Shown: positions 8,545 to 17,445, counted from the stretch's first letter. The stretch: 32,000 bases of DNA from Candidatus Cloacimonadota bacterium (GCA_963676515.1 OY781061.1:505520-537519); one strand, 5' to 3'. Numbers and translations are program-made. The notes: generated by a model from the sequence alone, not told the origin.

Positions 8545-9954
8545 ATGAATTATTCCACACTCGCACAATGGTGCAACGAGCCTCTACCTCAGTTCCTGAA
8601 ATTCAAGTCGATGGAAAGAGCCGCAGACCAATACCGCATCTCGTTCACCAAGAGTTATCTTTTCTTGCAAATAAACCTCTCGGGAAAAGACAACTTCTGC
8701 TTTTTTACCCAAGACGATACGCTGGACTTCACGCCTGCTTTTTCGGGGGTTATGAGCCTTTTCCAGAACGCTGTCCTCTCGGAAATAAGCCCACTTGGCA
8801 ACGACAGAATTTTAAGCTTCTTATTCCACAAAAGGTCTATTTACGGCGAAAATCTCCTGCTAAAAATTGTAGTGGAACTTATCCCGGGCAAACTGAATAT
8901 TATCTTCTTGGAAGAGAACAAGATTTTGCAAGCCAAAAAGATTTACTCTTTTGCCGACAATCCAGAGCGGCAAATACTCTCTGGGCAAAAATACCTCTTG
9001 CCTGTAAACAAAAACAAGCAAGAAATTTGCTACCGCCCTTTGCCGTGGCACGATCAAGACTACAGCTTCGAATCTGTAAACGACTATCTGGAGCATTTTT
9101 TTTACAACCACATCCACCTGCAAAGATTAGCTATTATCAAAAATAGAGAAGAGAATCAGCGTAAGAAAAAAATAGAGAAAGCTGAAACAAAACTCGCTCA
9201 TCTCAGGGCGACTTGGCAAGATTACAGCAAGACAGAATATTGGAAGATGGCTGGCGAACTGCTAAAATCGGCTTATCACACGATCACGCCAGGATTACAA
9301 GAGATCTCAATAGTAAACTACTGCGACCCTAAGATGCCCAAAATTATTATAAAACTAAAAAAAGAGCTCTCTCCAAGGCAAAATGTCGATCTCTACTTCA
9401 AAAAATATAAGAAAGGGATCAACGGGAAAAAAATCATCGAAAGTCGCATCAAAATGACAGAAGCCGAAATACAGAATCTGAAAAATCAGCCAGACTACAG
9501 TCAAGAAAAAGCAGAATACACGCCCAAAGCAAAACCTAATGAAAAAAAATCTCTGAAGCAGATCAAGATAAACGAAATTTTAAAAATCGTAATCGGCAGA
9601 AACGACGCCGAGAACAACACCATTACCTGCAAACTAGCAGGAAAAACAGATTTATGGTTTCACACCAGAGCTATCAGAGGCTCTCATATCGTGATATTTA
9701 ACCCTTACAAAAAAGATGTTCCCCAAAAAATAATCGAAATTGCAGCGGGTCTGGCTGCCTACTATTCCAAAGCCAAACATTCGGGGAAAGTAGCCGTAGA
9801 CTACACTCACATCCGTTATGTGTGGAAGATAAGAAAGGGTCGTTTAGGACAAGTAAACTACAAAAATCAAAAAACTGTGTTTACCAAACCAAGATCGATG
9901 CGGGAAGTAAAAAAAGAGTTAAACGAATTTATAAAAGATACTAGCAAAGGCTAG
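8545..9954 (+). CDS. NFACT family protein (RqcH/Rqc2-like RNA-binding)
   Basis: C-terminal NFACT-R signature KTDLWFHTRAIRGSHIVIFNPYKK...AAGLAAYYSKAKHSGKVAVDYTHIRYVWKIRKGRLGQVNYKNQKTVFTKP, preceded by a coiled coil. Likely start MNYSTLAQW at 8545; the ORF as given begins at 8479. Confidence 0.85.
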   Translation: MNYSTLAQWCNEPLPQFLKFKSMERAADQYRISFTKSYLFLQINLSGKDNFCFFTQDDTLDFTPAFSGVMSLFQNAVLSEISPLGNDRILSFLFHKRSIYGENLLLKIVVELIPGKLNIIFLEENKILQAKKIYSFADNPERQILSGQKYLLPVNKNKQEICYRPLPWHDQDYSFESVNDYLEHFFYNHIHLQRLAIIKNREENQRKKKIEKAETKLAHLRATWQDYSKTEYWKMAGELLKSAYHTITPGLQEISIVNYCDPKMPKIIIKLKKELSPRQNVDLYFKKYKKGINGKKIIESRIKMTEAEIQNLKNQPDYSQEKAEYTPKAKPNEKKSLKQIKINEILKIVIGRNDAENNTITCKLAGKTDLWFHTRAIRGSHIVIFNPYKKDVPQKIIEIAAGLAAYYSKAKHSGKVAVDYTHIRYVWKIRKGRLGQVNYKNQKTVFTKPRSMREVKKELNEFIKDTSKG

Positions 9955-10604
9955 TGAATCTCGATAACTATCCGCCTATTAAGGTCACGATTGGACTGAA
10001 TAGGTCTGCCGCTAGAGTCTTTATTGGGAGCTAAAGGCTTAATATAAGCGTACCCAGAAGCTTTCATCTTATCCGGCGATATTCCCTCGATGATAAAGTA
10101 ACGGACAATATTTGAGGCTCTACCCACAGACAACTCCCAGTTAGAAGGAAAGCGTCTCGTGTTTATCGGCACATCGTCTGTATGCCCCTCGATATCTATA
10201 TTAGGGTCGTAGTAATTAATTGCCTGAATGGAATTAGCTATCTTTTCTAAAATCCCAATATTCTTTTTGATAATAGTGGCTTCTCCCGAACGATAAAGAG
10301 CGTCTGACAAGATGTTTATCGCAATAGATGAACGATTAAGTCGTACAGAAACTATTCCCGCCATCCTTTCCTCTAGAAGCATAGAATCCAAATCTGTTTT
10401 CATCCGCGATAAAGGTGTAGAAAAATCATCTTCGTTAGCTTCTATCTCAGCACGATAACCTTCTTTGAACTCCTGCCACATACCAGAGTTCGTAGTAGAC
10501 ATAGAAACCAACAAAACAAAAAAACAAAGAAGAAGAGTAACCAAATCAGAGTAAGTAGTCAGCCAAGACTCATCAATAAGAGTCTTTTTTCTTTCGAACT
10601 TCAT
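9951..10604 (-). CDS. MotB-like stator protein with C-terminal OmpA/peptidoglycan-binding domain
   Basis: WLTTYSDLVTLLLCFFVLLVSMS (TM with conserved D), then NIDIEGHTDDVPINTRRFPSNWELSVGRASNIVRYFIIEGISPDKMKASGYAYIKP...NRDLNRRIVIEI. Confidence 0.93.
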   Translation of the reverse strand: MKFERKKTLIDESWLTTYSDLVTLLLCFFVLLVSMSTTNSGMWQEFKEGYRAEIEANEDDFSTPLSRMKTDLDSMLLEERMAGIVSVRLNRSSIAINILSDALYRSGEATIIKKNIGILEKIANSIQAINYYDPNIDIEGHTDDVPINTRRFPSNWELSVGRASNIVRYFIIEGISPDKMKASGYAYIKPLAPNKDSSGRPIQSNRDLNRRIVIEIH

Positions 10605-10632
10605 TTAATAACTCTCTTGCCACACTTGACAA

Positions 10633-11433
10633 TCAAAAATCGTCACCAACATTCATAGCATTTTCTCCATTATCCTCTTTGTCCACTAGCGAACGCAAAA
10701 AATCTTCCACATAAAAAGAAGATTTTTCTTGTATAATAAGGATAACACCTTCCAAAATAAGGTTTTTACGAAACATAACAGACATAGCTATATCTACAGA
10801 TTTATTCGCTCCTGGAATAAAAAAAACTCTAGCTAAAATAAGTCCATAAAAAGTGGTAATCAGAGCCACCGCCATCGCAGGACCAATCTTGGATGGATCG
10901 TCTAATTGACTAAGCAAGATAACCAAACCTATCAAAGTACCCAACATACCAAAAGCTGGCGAAGAACCACCTAAACTTTTCAAAATCTCAGAAGTTTCTT
11001 CTGCGTTTTGATTCTCTCTGGATATTTCGTTCTGGATAAACTCTTTGGACTCTTCCAGAGAGTATCCTGTGGACAAAATAGAAAAAACATATTTATCAAA
11101 AGGGTCGGTAACTTCGGAATATATCTCATCATAAGCTTTCTTGCCACCACTTTGCACTCTTTCTGCCCAATCTTTGATACGACTAATTTCCTGAGTATAA
11201 CTTTTACTATCCATAGGGTACTTAAACATTACCCTGAAAGCAGCGAGAATTGCTTTGCTTGTCCTTACTACTCCACGACCTACAAATTCACTAATGAGCG
11301 TACCACCTACCACGATCAAAATACTGGGGTAGTTGATAAACACTTGCCAATTTGAGGTAGCACTCAATATAGATATTGCAATTACAACCCAAACGAGAAT
11401 AAAAGAGATAAAAGAACTTACAGAACCTATCAT
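10633..11433 (-). CDS. MotA-like stator protein (MotA/TolQ/ExbB family)
   Basis: WQVFINYPSILIVVGGTL near the N-terminus; GGSSPAFGMLGTLIGLVILLSQLDDPSKIGPAMAVALITTFYGLILARVFFIP is diagnostic of MotA. Confidence 0.93.
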   Translation of the reverse strand: MIGSVSSFISFILVWVVIAISILSATSNWQVFINYPSILIVVGGTLISEFVGRGVVRTSKAILAAFRVMFKYPMDSKSYTQEISRIKDWAERVQSGGKKAYDEIYSEVTDPFDKYVFSILSTGYSLEESKEFIQNEISRENQNAEETSEILKSLGGSSPAFGMLGTLIGLVILLSQLDDPSKIGPAMAVALITTFYGLILARVFFIPGANKSVDIAMSVMFRKNLILEGVILIIQEKSSFYVEDFLRSLVDKEDNGENAMNVGDDF

Positions 11434-11436
11434 AAA

Positions 11437-12093
11437 TTAGTACCCTATTTTATTTAACATTTGCCTCACACCTTGGATACTATTATTTAAACGCAAAGAG
11501 TTTGTCCAATTTTTACGAGCCAATGATAAATTACCCAACATATAATAAACACTTCCTTTCAAAGCATAAGCTCTTGCGGTAGGTTTTTGATTTATAGAAC
11601 TGTTAACTTGCTGCAAAGCTTTTTCATAACTACCTGCATAAAAGCTATTTTGAGCTTGTACCAAAAAATCACTTTCTGAAGGACTTGAGCTTGCATTTTC
11701 ATCTTGAGAAGAAGGCGTTTCAACGCTAGCATAATCGTCTAGAGATTCACCTGTAGATCCAGATTTTGAAACATCTATCTGAACATTGTTATCTCTAGGG
11801 TCAAGGCTCAAAATCACTTCTGAAGATTTGTTTCGATACTTGATCAGAATCTCATTTTTTTGAGGACGAAGAGTGTTCTGTTGGATAATCGTAGTGCTTT
11901 GCTCTGTATCCTGATCCACTACTCCTACTCCCCTATCTATACTTTTACCTGCTACTGTTCCAGAAGAGCTAACCATAGCCTCTCTTTCCGAAACTGTACT
12001 TTCCTCTACTCCCCTTTTAAGAACATACTTATTCCAAAGGGAACATCCAGAAAACAAGAAAAGACTAGAAATTATAACTAAAATTAATCTCAT
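11437..12093 (-). CDS. TPR-containing lipoprotein
   Basis: Lipobox MRLILVIISSLFLFSGC; TPR-like region YAGSYEKALQQVNSSINQKPTARAYALKGSVYYMLGNLSLARKNWTNSLRLN. Overlaps the upstream gene by 29 nt. Confidence 0.75.
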   Translation of the reverse strand: MRLILVIISSLFLFSGCSLWNKYVLKRGVEESTVSEREAMVSSSGTVAGKSIDRGVGVVDQDTEQSTTIIQQNTLRPQKNEILIKYRNKSSEVILSLDPRDNNVQIDVSKSGSTGESLDDYASVETPSSQDENASSSPSESDFLVQAQNSFYAGSYEKALQQVNSSINQKPTARAYALKGSVYYMLGNLSLARKNWTNSLRLNNSIQGVRQMLNKIGY

Positions 12094-13216
12094 ACTTCAG
12101 CGCCCCAAACTCAATATAACTACTTTCATTTTGTTTCAATGTCCTACCAAACGGTATAACTCCCAGACCAAGACCTACTTCTATATCTTCGGTAAGATCG
12201 GATGTAGCACCAATCATGGTGGTCAAGAAGCTCCCAGAATAATTAATAGGAACAAAAAACTCACCTTTCATATATGGCTTAAGCCAATAATTGTCTTTTA
12301 AAGATTTAAGCTGACTTTCTTTTTTATAATATTTCGTCATCACTCCACCACCTGCGTAACCCAAGAAGGCTGTCGGTAAAGTGGAAAAACCCTCAATATT
12401 GTTTTCCAATGTCAGCTGGCAATTCACGATAGACAAGCCTGCCGAGAGAGTCATCATAACCTCTGCAAAAGAGAAGTTAGATTTTTGCTTACGCACAGCT
12501 CCTAGACGATAATCGATCATCCTTGCAGAGTTGCTACTACTTCCCCCATAATTACTGTCAAAGATAGACACTCCGTCTCTTTTGTAGTCGTTGACTGTAA
12601 AGAAGCCAACATTAAAATCAAGAGCGTACTGCTTTGGAATATCTATATCACGGTCGTTGTTAGGTCCTTCGATATAAGCTTTCGACCAAATAATCTCTCC
12701 TGTTTTGTTGCTTACCATCTTTAAGGAGAGCAAAACATCTCCGTAGGCACTACGAGTGCAATTCCCCTCGATGAAAGCGTCTATGTTGTACTTCTCTCCC
12801 ATATGTCGGAGCTCATCAAAAGATCTGGCAGAATTAACATAACTAAAAGAGGTATCGGTAATTTTTACTCTGGCGAGATTGAACTCTGGCACTACCACCA
12901 AATCTATCGCCTCGTTGTTTAAAAGGACTTGCTCTAGTTTCGACTTCACAAAACGCACCATCCCGATAGAAATAGCGTCCCGATCAGCTTTGACACGATA
13001 GACTGCAACCCTCTTGACCCCTAAAGGGAAATTGAGGACAGACTCCTGCACTCTGAGCATAATGCGAGAGATATTGCGAACTTCCGATCTGTCACTACGA
13101 GGATAAGAGCCCACAGCACTCATGTTCGAAAATTGATTATACTCAAACTGAGCAAAAAGAGAAGAAAAACAAACAGTTAAAACAAAAACAAATAAAACTT
13201 TCTTAATACTCTTCAT
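12065..13216 (-). CDS. Exported protein: CsgG/FlgT-like N-terminal domain plus probable C-terminal outer-membrane beta-barrel
   Basis: Signal peptide MKSIKKVLFVFVLTVCFSSLFAQ; KRVAVYRVKADRDAISIGMVRFVKSKLEQVLLNNEAIDLVVV...YNIDAFIEGNCTRSAYGDVLLSLKMVSNKTGEIIWSKAY; C-terminal strands ending ...YEINFSYNF. Start at 13216 is preferred over 13249. Confidence 0.6.
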   Translation of the reverse strand: MKSIKKVLFVFVLTVCFSSLFAQFEYNQFSNMSAVGSYPRSDRSEVRNISRIMLRVQESVLNFPLGVKRVAVYRVKADRDAISIGMVRFVKSKLEQVLLNNEAIDLVVVPEFNLARVKITDTSFSYVNSARSFDELRHMGEKYNIDAFIEGNCTRSAYGDVLLSLKMVSNKTGEIIWSKAYIEGPNNDRDIDIPKQYALDFNVGFFTVNDYKRDGVSIFDSNYGGSSSNSARMIDYRLGAVRKQKSNFSFAEVMMTLSAGLSIVNCQLTLENNIEGFSTLPTAFLGYAGGGVMTKYYKKESQLKSLKDNYWLKPYMKGEFFVPINYSGSFLTTMIGATSDLTEDIEVGLGLGVIPFGRTLKQNESSYIEFGALKYEINFSYNF

Positions 13217-15182
13217 TTGCTGCTCTACCTTCACTTTGGTTTCCACCAATATTACGCCCGCCAGCTTCTCTAATCTCTTTTCTGATTACGGACATCATTT
13301 TTCTTCTGGATCTCTCTATATCATCTGCTTTTAATTTGTTTTCATTTATTCTCAGTTCTGACCTAATAATCTCTCTCATCCGCTCGGGAACATTAGACAA
13401 AATAGAGTTAATCCTCACCTCGTCTACTCCAACCAACGCTGCAGACAATAATTCTCTGTCCATTTTTTGGATAGCTCTGACCATAATATCTTCTTCCAAG
13501 TTGCCTAGGTCATCAAAAGCTATAAAGTATTTCAAGACTTTCTCTGCTGTCTCCACATCCGCTTTCGTGATGTCGTCGATAAACTCTTTTTGCTGAGATG
13601 TAGTGAGAGTATCCAATATCTCCAGCATCTTGCCAGCACCATCGGAAGAAACATACTCCATTCCTCGCATCTTGAGTGCCTCTTTTGCCAAACGACTAGA
13701 GACCTCTTTATACACAGAAGTCGGGATTTTGCCCAGTTTGCCCATATTTCCCATCACCGCAGACCGCTGCTCCAATGGATAAGACGCCAGTAGTTCCGAA
13801 GCTTTCTCTGCAGACACTTGAGTAATGACCAGTGCTTGCACGCCCTCAGGTTCGCCTTTGAGAGCTTGTCTTATCTGTTCTACGGACATTGCGTTCAAGA
13901 AACCAAACATCCCTGTGTCGTCCTTGCCATCGTCAGTGACGGTCAAAGAACTCCAAGCATTTTTAAAATTTTGCAACGCTTCCAACTTAGTTTTCGTGTC
14001 CAAATCTTCCATATTGCGAATATTCCAAGAAAGCAACTTGAAATCGTCGTGCGAAACTTTACCTTCCAAAAGGTCAAGCAAATTTTCATCTATAGCTTTG
14101 ATTAGCTTGGTAGCTTTATCTATACCTTCGTCTCCACCACTATCTACCCAACCTTGCAAGACAATGCCCACATTTTTCGCTTCTGCCAAAAATTTATTAA
14201 TCGCAAAAGAACGAAGTTTTTTGTATTCTGCAATCTCCATTTTTTCGGGCTCAGAAGTTCGATTGACTTTCCGAAGCTCCCGCATCTCTTGCATCAAACT
14301 ATCAAACTGCTCATCATATCGAGGGAAGTTTACTTTCGGTTGTACCATATTGGAGTCTTGCACTCCAGAGTTCTTTTTGGATATGAAGAAAAAAGCTACC
14401 AAAAATCCAATTAGCAACAACAAGCCTATCAATCCTGCGATTAAATAAGTTAAGAAGTCTGAGTTATCTTCGTCTGGAAGAGGCTCGTCTTGGACTTGCT
14501 CATCCTCCATCTCTTTTCTTCTTTTTTCTTCTTCTGCTAACCTAGCAGCCTCTTCTTCGGCTTTTTTAGCCTCTTCTATCATTTTTTGCTTTTGATTAGT
14601 AAACTTCACCAAAGTCACATTGACAATGTCGCCTCGGTAAATATCTATCCCAGCCTTCATCTTTACCAGTTCATCTATAAAAGAGACATCTTCTGGCGTA
14701 TAAGCAGATGCGTCCAACATTACATTTACAACTAGGTTGTCTATCTCATAGTCCGATGCTCCGCCCATGCCTGTAGGCACCCGACTCTCTGTAATGCTAG
14801 TCTGACTAGGCATCGAGATATCTCCTAGTCCTTCTAGATCGTCCACAAACTCGTTGACGAATCTTCCCTCGGTACCAGGCATTACCAAATTCCCAAGACC
14901 GATACCAGAACTTACAGCTTGTGATGTTTGCAACATCCCCATACCCAAACCCATACCTTGCCTAGCTTTCAGGTTGACAGCAATATCAACCTCGTAAGTC
15001 TCTTTTTCGCAATAAGATGCCAAAGTGGATGAAAGTCTTATTTCATAAGCTCTAGATATCTTGTCCGCGTACATTATGACGCTGAGAGGCTCACTACTCC
15101 CCTGCTCAAAAGAGTACTGAGCTTGTAATAGACTAAAAGCCCAAAAAACAAGTAAAAATAATCTAAATTTTCTTGTTTGCAT
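13203..15182 (-). CDS. FliF(C-terminal)-FliG-like fusion protein (659 aa): signal peptide, FliF RBM3/beta-collar-like periplasmic part, TM, coiled coil, FliG-like cytoplasmic domains
   Basis: IDNLVVNVMLDASAYTPEDVSFIDELVKMKAGIDIYRGDIVNVTLVKF resembles the FliF segment before TM2; TM LTYLIAGLIGLLLLIGFLVAFFF. Then FliG-like ASELLASYPLEQRSAVMGNMGKLGKIPTSVYKEVSSRLAKEAL...GAGKMLEILDTLTTSQQKEFIDDITKADVETAEKVLKYFIAFDDLGNLEEDIMVRAIQKMDRELLSAALVGVDEVRINSILSNVPERMREIIRSEL. Confidence 0.8.
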   Translation of the reverse strand: MQTRKFRLFLLVFWAFSLLQAQYSFEQGSSEPLSVIMYADKISRAYEIRLSSTLASYCEKETYEVDIAVNLKARQGMGLGMGMLQTSQAVSSGIGLGNLVMPGTEGRFVNEFVDDLEGLGDISMPSQTSITESRVPTGMGGASDYEIDNLVVNVMLDASAYTPEDVSFIDELVKMKAGIDIYRGDIVNVTLVKFTNQKQKMIEEAKKAEEEAARLAEEEKRRKEMEDEQVQDEPLPDEDNSDFLTYLIAGLIGLLLLIGFLVAFFFISKKNSGVQDSNMVQPKVNFPRYDEQFDSLMQEMRELRKVNRTSEPEKMEIAEYKKLRSFAINKFLAEAKNVGIVLQGWVDSGGDEGIDKATKLIKAIDENLLDLLEGKVSHDDFKLLSWNIRNMEDLDTKTKLEALQNFKNAWSSLTVTDDGKDDTGMFGFLNAMSVEQIRQALKGEPEGVQALVITQVSAEKASELLASYPLEQRSAVMGNMGKLGKIPTSVYKEVSSRLAKEALKMRGMEYVSSDGAGKMLEILDTLTTSQQKEFIDDITKADVETAEKVLKYFIAFDDLGNLEEDIMVRAIQKMDRELLSAALVGVDEVRINSILSNVPERMREIIRSELRINENKLKADDIERSRRKMMSVIRKEIREAGGRNIGGNQSEGRAANEEY

Positions 15183-15457
15183 TTTTATTCCCGATATTAA
15201 ACAATGTGATACCTTTTTTTACTTCTTATCATCAAACGGAATTATAAATAGTATATGTGTCAAACCTTTTTTTCCTTTTTAAGATTTTCTTGCCCCTCTT
15301 TGTGTACTTAAATTCATACAAGCCTGTGTCTTAATTTCATTTTTTATTTTTTTTAAAATTTTATAAATTTTTATACTTTATTGCATAATTACAAGTTAAG
15401 TGCTTTTGCCTTTGGTTTAATTCTTGACTTATATCTGTTCTTTTTTAGAAACGGACT

Positions 15458-16447
15458 ATGAAAAAAAAATTACTTTTTTTACTCTTTTTTTGTTCTCTTT
15501 TTTTGATTTTTGTTTATAAACAACATTTGTCTTCAAAAAAAATCAGCAAAACAAGAATTGCTTTAGGAACTTTTATCGAGATCAGTCTGGAAGGAAATCC
15601 AAAGAGGATAGATAAATACATCGACACTTGCTTTGAGATTATCGAAGATTTACAACACAAACTGGGCTACCAAAATCCCAAAAGCGATCTAAGCTTTATA
15701 AATGGTTGCCAAAAAGCTCCTATCACTCCAGAGATTTTTTCTCTTTTAGATTTTTGCCAAGAGTTTTATCTTCTTTCAGAAAAAAGATTTGACCCAACCG
15801 TCGGAGCACTAATAGATCTTTGGGATTTTACTAAAAAAAGAGTGCCTACTCCTGCTAAGATAAAGCAAGCACAAAAAATTTGCGGGTTAGAAAAAGTCAA
15901 ATACGACACCCTTATGCTCATTAAACCTAAAAACCTGAAAATTCACCTGGGAGGAGTCGCCAAAGGGTTTATAATGCAAAAAGTTTGCGACTATCTACAA
16001 GAAAAGAAAATCAAAAGTGGATACATAAATGCTGGAGGAGATATTTCTATTTTTGGGAACGAATACAAGCAAATAGGAATTGCTCATCCTAGGCAAAAAG
16101 AAAAACTTATCGATACTATCCAAATAAAGACAGGTGCGGTAGTAACCTCGGGAGATTACGAGAGGTTTTTTGTAAAAAACGGTAAAAGGTATCATCACAT
16201 CATCGATCCTATCAGCGGATACCCCAGCGAAAACTGCGTCAGCGTTACGGTGGTGGATTCTAGCATCCTCAGAGCCGATGCCCTGGCTACCGCCTATTTC
16301 TTGATGCCCGTGGAAGAAGCTATCCTTATGGCTAATCGACGCAATCGACGCAAGAGTGCCGTTTTGATCTACTACCTAGACCACGAAGGAGCGTTGCAAA
16401 GCAGAGAGTCTTGCGAATTTGCTCAGTACAGGATGAAAAAAAGATGA
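15458..16447 (+). CDS. apbE: FAD:protein FMN transferase (ApbE family)
   Basis: LGTFIEISLEG; DPTVGALIDLWDF; VHLGGVAKGF-type motif (IHLGGVAKGFIMQKV); GYINAGGDISIFG; AVVTSGDYERFF...YHHIIDPISGYPSENCVSVTVVDSSILRADALATAYF. Confidence 0.95.
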   Translation: MKKKLLFLLFFCSLFLIFVYKQHLSSKKISKTRIALGTFIEISLEGNPKRIDKYIDTCFEIIEDLQHKLGYQNPKSDLSFINGCQKAPITPEIFSLLDFCQEFYLLSEKRFDPTVGALIDLWDFTKKRVPTPAKIKQAQKICGLEKVKYDTLMLIKPKNLKIHLGGVAKGFIMQKVCDYLQEKKIKSGYINAGGDISIFGNEYKQIGIAHPRQKEKLIDTIQIKTGAVVTSGDYERFFVKNGKRYHHIIDPISGYPSENCVSVTVVDSSILRADALATAYFLMPVEEAILMANRRNRRKSAVLIYYLDHEGALQSRESCEFAQYRMKKR

Positions 16448-17445
16448 TAGATTTTAGCATCATCGTGCCTACCTACAATAGGTTAGAAGAGATAAAAGAG
16501 TTTTTGGATTTTGCAGACAAACTACATTACGAAAAAAAGAACTTTGAACTAATCATAGTCGATGACGGCTCACAAGACAACACGGTCGAATTTTTGCAAG
16601 AAGCAATAAATAAATTCCCCCGATTGAACATGCAATATTACAAACAAAAAAACCAAGGACCTGCTAAAGCCAGAAACAAGGGAGCTTCTCTTGCCAAAGG
16701 TAAATATCTTTTATTTGTAGATTCCGATTGCCTTTTGCCTGCAGAGTGGCTAAACGAAATTAAAAAAAAGTTAGACAAGCAAGAAGTACTATTTTTTGGT
16801 GGTCCAGATAGGGAACATATAAAATTCAGCAATATGCAAAAAGCGATTAGCTACGCAATGACGGGATTTTGGACGACTGGTGGCATTAGAGGCAAGAGGA
16901 AAAAGAACTTTCAACCACGAAGTTTTAATATGGGAATAGAGAATAAAGCTTTCCAAAATGTGACTGGATTTAATGATTTACGATTTGGAGAAGATATAGA
17001 CATTGGCATTAGGTTGAATGAAAAAGGCTACCAAAGTCACCTTTTCCCCGAGGCTTGGGTTTATCACAAGAGACGCTCAAATCTTAGACAATTTTTCAGA
17101 CAAGTGCTTAACTCTGGATCAGCTAGGGTAAACTTGGGAACTTTGCACTCAGGAAGTACGAAAGTTATCCACCTTTTGCCAGCTATTTTCACCTTAGGAT
17201 TTTTCGGTTTATTGGTTAGCAGTATTTTTTATCCCTACTTTTTGCTTCCACTTTTGGGATATACTTTGCTTCTTTATTTTGGAGCGATGTTTAAATACAA
17301 GAAGTTTTTTTTGCCTTTCCTGTGTGTAGTAGCTGGCTATACCCAACTGCTGGGTTATGGTTGCGGATATTTACTCGGTAGCATCAGAAAGGCTTTTACG
17401 GGCAAGAGTCGATACGATATTAAAGTGGAGAAATTTTATGATTGA
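16444..17445 (+). CDS. Glycosyltransferase family 2 with C-terminal TM region
   Basis: MIDFSIIVPTYNRLEEIKEFL...LIIVDDGSQDNTVEFL...GPAKARNKGASLAKGKYLLFVDSD; ATGA overlap with the apbE stop. Confidence 0.92.
   Translation: MIDFSIIVPTYNRLEEIKEFLDFADKLHYEKKNFELIIVDDGSQDNTVEFLQEAINKFPRLNMQYYKQKNQGPAKARNKGASLAKGKYLLFVDSDCLLPAEWLNEIKKKLDKQEVLFFGGPDREHIKFSNMQKAISYAMTGFWTTGGIRGKRKKNFQPRSFNMGIENKAFQNVTGFNDLRFGEDIDIGIRLNEKGYQSHLFPEAWVYHKRRSNLRQFFRQVLNSGSARVNLGTLHSGSTKVIHLLPAIFTLGFFGLLVSSIFYPYFLLPLLGYTLLLYFGAMFKYKKFFLPFLCVVAGYTQLLGYGCGYLLGSIRKAFTGKSRYDIKVEKFYD

Noticed and set aside
9951-11433. Zorya-type (ZorA/ZorB) anti-phage defence system
   Set aside because: The MotA-like protein is only 266 aa with no long cytoplasmic coiled-coil tail. 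There is no ZorC/ZorD/ZorE-like helicase or nuclease gene nearby; the partners are FliF/FliG-like, CsgG-like and TPR proteins.
9951-11433. TonB-system ExbB/ExbD or TolQ/TolR pair
   Set aside because: The partner has a full C-terminal OmpA-like peptidoglycan-binding domain with the MotB GHTD and NWELS signatures, and the large subunit has MotA (not ExbB/TolQ) motifs. No tonB or tolA is present.
13336-14448. Plus-strand ORFs opposite the FliF/FliG-like gene (13336-13596, 13818-14105, 13825-14448)
   Set aside because: Low-complexity Ser/Leu-rich antisense translations of a well-supported gene; no start context or family match.
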